Source: an uncultured Christensenella sp.
GTDB lineage: Bacteria; Bacillota; Clostridia; Christensenellales; Aristaeellaceae
Direction of reading: 5' to 3'
Assembly: GCA_964609415.1 (NCBI GenBank)
Contig: CAZSSU010000002.1
Span: 1 to 37,408, forward strand
Length of the DNA stretch: 37,408 nt
Position 1 is the first letter of the stretch. Each line of letters opens with the position of its first letter. The notes beneath the pieces are model-generated. The model had not been told where the DNA came from. It ran no database searches and saw only the letters and a list, made by a program, of their open reading frames with translations. Of the stretch, positions 31,486-37,408 are shown piece by piece. The position numbers were made by a program, and so were the translations under genes.

Positions 31486-33900
31486 TCAGTTCCGTACCTC
31501 GCCGCCCAGCTTGCCGATTTTTTTGATGATGCTGGTCATTTTCTCATCAATCTGTTCAGCGGTGAGGGTGCCCTGCTCAGAGCCGAAATGCACCCGGAAC
31601 ATGACGGATTTCTTGCCCTGGGGGATTTGGCGGCCCCGATATTCCTCGACGAAATCAATGCTGTTGACGCTTTTTTCAAGGGCGCTGCGGATATCCTGCC
31701 ATGAGGTTTTCTCGTCCACCAGGATGGAGAAATCCTGCTCCACCAGGGGGAAGAGGGGCAAGCGCTGGTAGCTGTTGCTGCGGGAGGGGAGGGGAATGAG
31801 TGCTTCCACATCCAGCGTCAGGGCAACGACCGCCGTGCGCTTGATGCCGGCCAGGCGCGCAGCCTTGAGGGAAATGAGGCCAAAGGAGCCGATGACCTGA
31901 CTATCTGAGAGGATGTTCAGCCAGGCCTTGGGGTCAGCCCAGGCGGGCTTATCCTGCTGGGCAAAGTGGATTGGCTCCGCCATGATGGCCCTCGGCAGGG
32001 ACTCCAAAACCCCTTTCATTTCCCGGAACAGGAGGGCGGCGTCCTCGCCCGCAAAGGCAGCAGCCAGCTGCCGGGTTTGCAGGGGCAGGGTTTCGCCTGC
32101 TTCGCTGGGGTGGGTTTCTCCCGGGGCAAAGACCTGGGCAAGCTCAAACACCCGGAACCCCTCGAAGTAGCGCAGGTTAAGCGCGGTAACTGCCAGCATG
32201 GCGGGGATCAGGGAAGGCCTGAGGCTGGCGGTGTCAGGGGAGGGCGGGGTGGCAAGCATCAGGCAGTTTTCGGGTGCAATGCCAGCTGCTTCCAGGTAGC
32301 GCTTGTCCACCCAGGGATAGGTGAACACCTCCTGCACACCGCAGCGGCTGGCCAGGTATTCCCGCAGGCGGCGCTCCAATTGCATGGCGGGCTGGCGCAC
32401 GGCGCGATTCAGCTTTACCGTGGGGGGAATATAGTCAAAGCGGTTATAGCCAATCATCCGGGCAACTTCTTCCAGCACATCATCCGGCAGGCTCACATCC
32501 CCCGTGGCGCGCCAGGAAGGCACGGCCACCTGGAGCAGATCACCATCTGATGAGACGTCAAATCCCAGGGGGCGCAGGATGCCTGCGGCTTCATCGCCAG
32601 ACATCTCACGGCCCAAGCGGGTGTTCAGCCAGCTTAGTTTCACCGGGATCGTGGGGCATTGGGTTTTCACCGGGTAGTTATCGGTGAAAGCGCTCATGCG
32701 GGCCTGGGGGAAAAGCGCTCTGATCAGTTGATCCGCCACGGCCATGGCCTGGTCAACCCGCTGGGTGTCCAGGCCCTTTTCATTGCGGTTGGCTGATTCG
32801 GTGCGCACTTGATAGCGGCTGGCGCTGCGGCGCAGGCCAATGGGCTCAAAATTGGCGATTTCAAGGATCATGGTGGTGGTTGTGGGCAGGATAGAATCCT
32901 TCGCCCCGCCCATAATGCCGCCCAGGGCGATGGGCTCGGTGGCGTCACAGATCATCAGGTCTGAATCAATCAGCTTCAGCTCATGCCCGTCAAGCAGGGT
33001 GAGGGTTTCGCAGGGTTTGGCATTCCTCACGATGATTTCACCCTTGACATTTTCCTTGTCAAAGCCATGGGTGGGCTGGCCTACAGAAAGCATGACATAG
33101 TTGGTCAGGTCGACCAGGGCATTGATGGGCCTGACACCGGTTTTCCACAGCGCGGTTTTAAGCGGCCAGGGGGAGGGCACGCTGGCAAGCCCTTCATACA
33201 CGATGCCCGCATAGCGCCTGCAGCGCTGGGGATTCTCGATGGTGACGGGATATTCGGGCAGCCCCTCAGGCTTCTTAAATGAGGGGAGGGGCTTAAGCGC
33301 CTGACCATAAATGGCGGCCAGCTCCCGGGCGATGCCATAGTGGCCCCAGAGGTCCGGGCGGTTGGTGAGGGATTTGTTGTCAATCTCCAGGATGATATCG
33401 GAAAGCCCCAGCACCTGGCCCAGGGGATCGCCTGGCTGGCCTTCAAAATCTGCCAGGTTCATGACCCCGTGGTCGTCTCCCGCGGGGAAGAGCTCATCAA
33501 GCTCCAGCTCCGCCGCGGCGCAGATCATGCCTTCGCTTTTAACCCCGCGCAGTTTGGTGGGCTTAATGAGGACGGGTTCCCCCTCTCCATGCCAGCGCAC
33601 CTTGGCGCCTGGCAGGGCGACGGCGCAGCGCATGCCTTCATAGATGTTGGACCCACCGCAGACAATGGTGGCCGGGGCTTCCTGGCCCACATCCACCTCG
33701 CATACCCTGAGCATGTCGGCCTGGGGGTGGGCAGTAATCTTGGATATGATGCCAAGGACGGAGCCGCCCAGGGCATCCGCCGGGTTCACAGCGCCTTCCA
33801 CCTCCACCGTGCGCATGGTCAGGTCGTAGGAGAGCTGCTCCATGGTGAGGGATTCCGGCAGGGACACATAGTCCTTAATCCAGTTGAGTGATACTTTCAT
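31486..33900 (-). CDS. pheT: Phenylalanine--tRNA ligase beta subunit
   Basis: 804 aa. MKVSLNWIKDYV N-terminus, tRNA-binding domain, B3/4 and B5 regions, and C-terminal anticodon-binding-like domain. Confidence 0.95.
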   Translation of the reverse strand: MKVSLNWIKDYVSLPESLTMEQLSYDLTMRTVEVEGAVNPADALGGSVLGIISKITAHPQADMLRVCEVDVGQEAPATIVCGGSNIYEGMRCAVALPGAKVRWHGEGEPVLIKPTKLRGVKSEGMICAAAELELDELFPAGDDHGVMNLADFEGQPGDPLGQVLGLSDIILEIDNKSLTNRPDLWGHYGIARELAAIYGQALKPLPSFKKPEGLPEYPVTIENPQRCRRYAGIVYEGLASVPSPWPLKTALWKTGVRPINALVDLTNYVMLSVGQPTHGFDKENVKGEIIVRNAKPCETLTLLDGHELKLIDSDLMICDATEPIALGGIMGGAKDSILPTTTTMILEIANFEPIGLRRSASRYQVRTESANRNEKGLDTQRVDQAMAVADQLIRALFPQARMSAFTDNYPVKTQCPTIPVKLSWLNTRLGREMSGDEAAGILRPLGFDVSSDGDLLQVAVPSWRATGDVSLPDDVLEEVARMIGYNRFDYIPPTVKLNRAVRQPAMQLERRLREYLASRCGVQEVFTYPWVDKRYLEAAGIAPENCLMLATPPSPDTASLRPSLIPAMLAVTALNLRYFEGFRVFELAQVFAPGETHPSEAGETLPLQTRQLAAAFAGEDAALLFREMKGVLESLPRAIMAEPIHFAQQDKPAWADPKAWLNILSDSQVIGSFGLISLKAARLAGIKRTAVVALTLDVEALIPLPSRSNSYQRLPLFPLVEQDFSILVDEKTSWQDIRSALEKSVNSIDFVEEYRGRQIPQGKKSVMFRVHFGSEQGTLTAEQIDEKMTSIIKKIGKLGGEVRN

Positions 33901-33915
33901 CTTCCTTCCCTCCCT

Positions 33916-34953
33916 TTACCTGAACTGCCCCAGGAACCTGAGGTCCGCGCTGTGGAACAGCCTGACATCGTCCACGCCGTAGCGCATCATGACCAGGCGG
34001 TCAAGGCCGATGTTGATATAAAACCCGCTCCAGATTTCCGGATCCAGCCCGGCGGCCTTCAGCACATTGGGGTGAGGGGTGCCGCCTGGCATCACCTCAA
34101 TCCAGCCCACCTGCTTGCACACCTTGCAGCCCTTGCCGCCGCATACCAGGCATTTCATGTCAATTTCAAAGCCTGGCTCCACAAAGGGGAAGAAGCCTGC
34201 GCGCATGCGGGTGTCAACGGGCCTGCCAAACACCTTTTCCAGGATGGTGCTGACCAAAAGCTGCCCTGAGGCGAAGGAAAAGTCCTTTTCCACAATCAAG
34301 GCCTCATACTGGAAGAAGGCGCGCTCGTGGCGGGCATCGGTGTTTTCATTCCGGTACACCCGGCCGGGATAGACAAAGCGGGCAGGAGCGCCGTGCTTTT
34401 TCAGGTAACGCACGCTGCCGCCGGTGAGGTGAGGCCTGAGGCAAAGGCGCTCATGGCCCTTTTTCCCCTCGGAACCCTTGAGCCAATAGGTGTCCATGGT
34501 GTCTCGGGCGGGGTGCTCAGGGGGGAAGTTCAGGTGGTCAAAGGCGTATTGTTCGCTGGTGATGTCATCCTCAGCAAACACCTCAAAGCCCAGGGACAAA
34601 AAGGCGTCATTGAGGTCATAGCTCATCTGGGTGATGGGGTGCAGGGCCCCTGACATGGGCTGAATGCCCGGCAGGCTCAGGTCAATTTCCCCCTGGATGG
34701 CAGAGCCCTCGTCCACCAGCGCTTCTTCCCGGGCGGTGATGGCCTGGGCGATGGCGTCCTTCACCTCGTTTGAGAGCATGCCCACCTGCCGGCGCTCGTC
34801 CGGGGGCAGCTTGCCCAGCTCTTTTAAAATCAGGGTTAAATCACCCTTTTTCCCCAGGTATTGGTGGCGGATCTGCAGCAGTTCCTCTGCTGTGCCCGCT
34901 CCCTGCACCGCGCCAAGCGCGGCGTTTTTCATGGCCTCCAACCGTTCCCGCAT
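33916..34953 (-). CDS. pheS: Phenylalanine--tRNA ligase alpha subunit
   Basis: HPARDTMDTYW, FVYPGRVYRNE and GFFPFVEPGFEIDM are class II aaRS motifs. The start is taken at ATG 34953 (GGAGG 6 nt upstream). The track ORF opens at 35022. Confidence 0.95.
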   Translation of the reverse strand: MRERLEAMKNAALGAVQGAGTAEELLQIRHQYLGKKGDLTLILKELGKLPPDERRQVGMLSNEVKDAIAQAITAREEALVDEGSAIQGEIDLSLPGIQPMSGALHPITQMSYDLNDAFLSLGFEVFAEDDITSEQYAFDHLNFPPEHPARDTMDTYWLKGSEGKKGHERLCLRPHLTGGSVRYLKKHGAPARFVYPGRVYRNENTDARHERAFFQYEALIVEKDFSFASGQLLVSTILEKVFGRPVDTRMRAGFFPFVEPGFEIDMKCLVCGGKGCKVCKQVGWIEVMPGGTPHPNVLKAAGLDPEIWSGFYINIGLDRLVMMRYGVDDVRLFHSADLRFLGQFR

Positions 34954-34993
34954 CGTAAACCTCCAGATATCATTCAAAATTGCGTACGCAGGA

Positions 34994-35022
34994 ATGCTAA
35001 CATCCTCGAATCCTTTCGTCAA
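34994..35022 (-). promoter_or_regulatory. Candidate sigma-A promoter for pheST
   Basis: Minus-strand reading: TTGACG (35022-35017), 17-nt spacer, TAGCAT (34999-34994). This leaves only a ~35-nt leader. Its -35 abuts a plus-strand TTGCCC (35023-35028) / CATAAT (35045-35050) candidate promoter for rbgA. Confidence 0.4.
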
Positions 35023-35094
35023 TTGCCCGCTCAGGCCTTCCTTGCATAATAAGCAGAAACATGCTATTTTTTACAGAGTTATTAAGGAGGCTTC

Positions 35095-35964
35095 ATGGAA
35101 GGACAACGACCCATTTCCTGGTACCCGGGGCATATGGCAAAAGCCAAGCGCCAGCTGGAAACCCAGCTCAAGCGGGTGGACATCGTGCTGGAGCTGTGCG
35201 ATGCCCGGCTCCCCCTGTCCAGCCGCAACCCGGCATTGGACGAGATGCTGGCGGCCAAGCCCCGGCTGCTGCTGATGAACAAGGAAGACCTGGCGGACCC
35301 TGCCGTAACCCGGCAATGGGAGGCCTATTTCAGGGCCTTGGGCATCCAGGCTTTCCCCATCCAGGCAGGAAAGAACAAGCAGAAAATTCTCAAGCTGGTG
35401 GACAGCCTGACCGCTGAAAAACGCCAGCGCGCGGAGAACCGGGGCATGGCCATTACCAGCCGTGCCATGGTGGTGGGGGTGCCCAATGTGGGCAAAAGCA
35501 CCCTGATCAACGCCCTGGCTGGGCGCAGCGCCTTTAAGGTGCAGGACCGGCCTGGCGTCACCCGGGCAACCCAGTGGATTAAGGCAGGGGAACGGCTTGA
35601 ACTGATGGATACCCCCGGGATGCTCTGGCCCAAGCTAAATGATCAGCGAGCGGCCCGCCGCCTGGCCTATATCGCCGCCATCAGGGATGAGATTCTGGAT
35701 ACCTATCACCTGGCCATTGACCTGCTTGACGAGCTGATGAGCCTGGCCCCTGAGAAGCTGGCGGCCCGTTATAAGCTGGAGGACCTGAGCCTCCGCGGGC
35801 AGGCGCTGTTGGAAGCGATTTGCCGCGCCAGGGGCTTTTTACAAAAGGGCAATGAATATGACCTAGAGCGCGGGGCCACCTGCGTGCTGGATGAGTTCCG
35901 GGGCGGGCTGATTGGCCGCATCACCCTTGAAAAACCAAAGGAGGGCAGCCATGCGCAGCGATGA
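35095..35964 (+). CDS. rbgA: Ribosome biogenesis GTPase A (YlqF/RbgA)
   Basis: [15 protein letters not shown], circularly permuted GTPase motifs (LLLMNKEDL ... [16 protein letters not shown] ... DTPGMLWPK). AAGGAGG RBS. Confidence 0.93.
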   Translation: MEGQRPISWYPGHMAKAKRQLETQLKRVDIVLELCDARLPLSSRNPALDEMLAAKPRLLLMNKEDLADPAVTRQWEAYFRALGIQAFPIQAGKNKQKILKLVDSLTAEKRQRAENRGMAITSRAMVVGVPNVGKSTLINALAGRSAFKVQDRPGVTRATQWIKAGERLELMDTPGMLWPKLNDQRAARRLAYIAAIRDEILDTYHLAIDLLDELMSLAPEKLAARYKLEDLSLRGQALLEAICRARGFLQKGNEYDLERGATCVLDEFRGGLIGRITLEKPKEGSHAQR

Positions 35965-36568
35965 GCGCCGCCAGGCGCTGTACCAGCATGATATGGGCCT
36001 CTGGCAGGAAGGCGCGCGCTTTGCCGGCATTGATGAGGCGGGCCGCGGGCCGCTTGCGGGGCCTGTGGTGGTGGCCTGCGTGGTGTTTTCACCGTCCACT
36101 CAGATGCTGGACCATATAGACGACTCGAAAAAGCTCTCCGAAAAGCGCCGGGAAGCGGCGTGTGAGGAGATTTTCCGCTGGGCGGATTTTGTGGGCGTGG
36201 GCCAGGTGGAAGCGGATGAAATAGACCGGATCAACATCCTGGAGGCCACCAAGCTGGCCATGCGCCGGGCGGCCCAGGGAGCGCCAGCGGGCTTATTTCT
36301 AATCGATGCGGTGCGGGGCGTGGGCCTGGAGGGCAGCGAGCGCCCCATCATCCATGGGGACGCGGTGTCCTACAGCATTGCTGCTGCTTCCATTGTCGCC
36401 AAGGTTACCAGAGACAGGCAGATGCGGGCGCTGGATGATAAATACCCAGGCTACGGCTTTGCCAGGCATAAGGGATACGGCACCGCCGCCCACATGCAGG
36501 CCATCAGAGACCTGGGCATGTGCCCTGAGCACAGGCGCAGCTTCCTTAAAAACCTAAACCCGGGATGA
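35951..36568 (+). CDS. rnhB: Ribonuclease HII
   Basis: [44 protein letters not shown] and HKGYGT. ATG 35951 has GGAGGG upstream and overlaps the end of rbgA. Confidence 0.93.
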   Translation: MRSDERRQALYQHDMGLWQEGARFAGIDEAGRGPLAGPVVVACVVFSPSTQMLDHIDDSKKLSEKRREAACEEIFRWADFVGVGQVEADEIDRINILEATKLAMRRAAQGAPAGLFLIDAVRGVGLEGSERPIIHGDAVSYSIAAASIVAKVTRDRQMRALDDKYPGYGFARHKGYGTAAHMQAIRDLGMCPEHRRSFLKNLNPG

Positions 36569-36903
36569 GCCAGTATCAGGCTGGCCTTGAGGGAGAGGCG
36601 CTGGCGGAACACTATCTCAGGGAGCGGGGCTATGCCCTTGTTACCCGGCGATACCGCGGGCCTGTGGGCGAGGTGGACCTGGTTGCCCGGCAGGGCAAGA
36701 TGCTCTTTTTTATCGAAGTAAAATACCGTCCTCAGGGACGGCTGGGAACGGGGCTGAGGGCTGTGACCCAAGACAAGCGGCGCCGGCTTAAGGCCACAGC
36801 GTGTCATTATCTAAGCAGCCAGCCAGCACTCTATCAGATTGCCTGCCTGGAGATAACCCGAGCTGGTGTCTGGTTTTATCAGGACATATTGCACGAGATG
36901 TGA
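36565..36903 (+). CDS. yraN: YraN-family (UPF0102) endonuclease-like protein
   Basis: GLEGEALAEHYLRERGYALVTRRYRGPVGEVDLVA ... FIEVKYR. ATGA overlap with rnhB. The position after rnhB is conserved. Confidence 0.88.
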   Translation: MSQYQAGLEGEALAEHYLRERGYALVTRRYRGPVGEVDLVARQGKMLFFIEVKYRPQGRLGTGLRAVTQDKRRRLKATACHYLSSQPALYQIACLEITRAGVWFYQDILHEM

Positions 36904-36911
36904 GAGGTGCC

Positions 36912-37408
36912 ATGAAAAAGAAGCTAATCATCATCGCCTTGGTGCTGCTGGCATTGCTTGCCGGGGCATGGTTTTTAACCCGCGATAAGAGGCCCCAGGC
37001 TCAGACAGGCGTGGAGCTGCTGATTAACGGCGGCTTTGAGGAAGTGTCGGGCGAAGGCTTGCCGGAGGCATGGCTGCCTGATGCCTATGTCAGGCTGCAT
37101 GGTGTGACGGCGTTCACCCTGACCCAGGGGGAAGAAGGCCAGGGTGCTCTGATCACCAGCCATGAGATGAATGACGCCCGTTTCTATCAGAAGGTGGCAG
37201 TATCCCCCAACACCACCTACCGCCTGAGCGGTAAAATCAAGGCCAAGGCGGATGGGGGCCTGGGGGCTAACCTGTCCATTCAGGATGTGTATGTGTTTTC
37301 AGAATCCCTCTACGATACCGGGAGCGAGTGGCAGCAGGTAGAGCTGTATGGCAAAACCGGGGGCAATCAAACGGAGATCACGGTGTATGCCCGGCTGGGT
37401 GGTTACTC
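36912..37408 (+). CDS. Partial (5' part only) membrane-anchored protein with a carbohydrate-binding-module-like beta-sandwich N-terminal domain
   Basis: My own translation: MKKKLIIIALVLLALLAGAWFL (signal/anchor), then LINGGFEE...LPEAWLPDAY...RFYQKVAVSPNTTYRLSGKIKA...VELYGKTGGNQTEITVYARLGGY, a pattern resembling CBM4/9-type modules. The frame stays open to the window edge. It is absent from the ORF track because it is truncated. Confidence 0.6.
   Translation, partial: MKKKLIIIALVLLALLAGAWFLTRDKRPQAQTGVELLINGGFEEVSGEGLPEAWLPDAYVRLHGVTAFTLTQGEEGQGALITSHEMNDARFYQKVAVSPNTTYRLSGKIKAKADGGLGANLSIQDVYVFSESLYDTGSEWQQVELYGKTGGNQTEITVYARLGGY

Noticed and set aside
34954-35094. T-box leader upstream of pheS
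   Set aside because: The interval is too short and I found no T-box consensus or specifier/antiterminator structure by eye. It is reported as a low-interest finding rather than a feature.
1-37408. CRISPR arrays, IS elements or transposases, integrases, prophage genes, toxin-antitoxin pairs, restriction-modification or other known defence hallmarks
   Set aside because: No regularly spaced direct repeats and no translation with transposase (DDE), recombinase, Cas, helicase-nuclease, TIR, STAND or methylase-endonuclease pair signatures. The NPPY methyltransferase at 27823-28926 has a THUMP domain and is an RNA methyltransferase, not an R-M enzyme.

Overview
All calls below come from reading the translations and the DNA by eye; no database or HMM search was run. 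The window looks like a chromosomal segment of a high-G+C Bacillota (Clostridia-type) genome. The signs are GGAGG-type ribosome-binding sites, frequent GTG/TTG starts and 4-nt ATGA/GTGA start-stop overlaps. Firmicute-style gene strings point the same way: rsmD-coaD, tsaE-tsaB-rimI, deoB-punA, pheS-pheT, rbgA-rnhB-yraN, and an FMN riboswitch ahead of ribU. About 40 genes are packed with short intergenic gaps, and most are housekeeping. I saw no CRISPR array, rRNA, IS element, integrase, phage or plasmid genes, and no hallmark defence genes. The only RNA features are the 3' end of a tRNA gene at the left edge and the FMN riboswitch. The least ordinary locus is 9.5-15.9 kb. It is a minus-strand string of two translationally coupled RimK-type ATP-grasp ligases, a 76-aa stand-alone Smr protein with its own near-consensus promoter, and a 1039-aa membrane-anchored CotH kinase-like protein with three lamin-tail domains. 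A beta-lactamase-fold serine hydrolase is transcribed divergently from this string. I know of no described pathway joining these families, so this is my best candidate for an undescribed module, but the link rests on gene adjacency only. Secondary oddities: (1) a soluble MprF-C-terminal-like (DUF2156) gene coupled to a GNAT next to a tRNA gene and alr; (2) a GNAT-Nudix fusion; (3) a traX / orphan solute-binding protein / atypical galactokinase-like operon; (4) a tightly overlapped surE / FAD-oxidoreductase / DEDDh exonuclease / kinase-fusion operon; (5) an A+T-richer small ORF appended to pheST.
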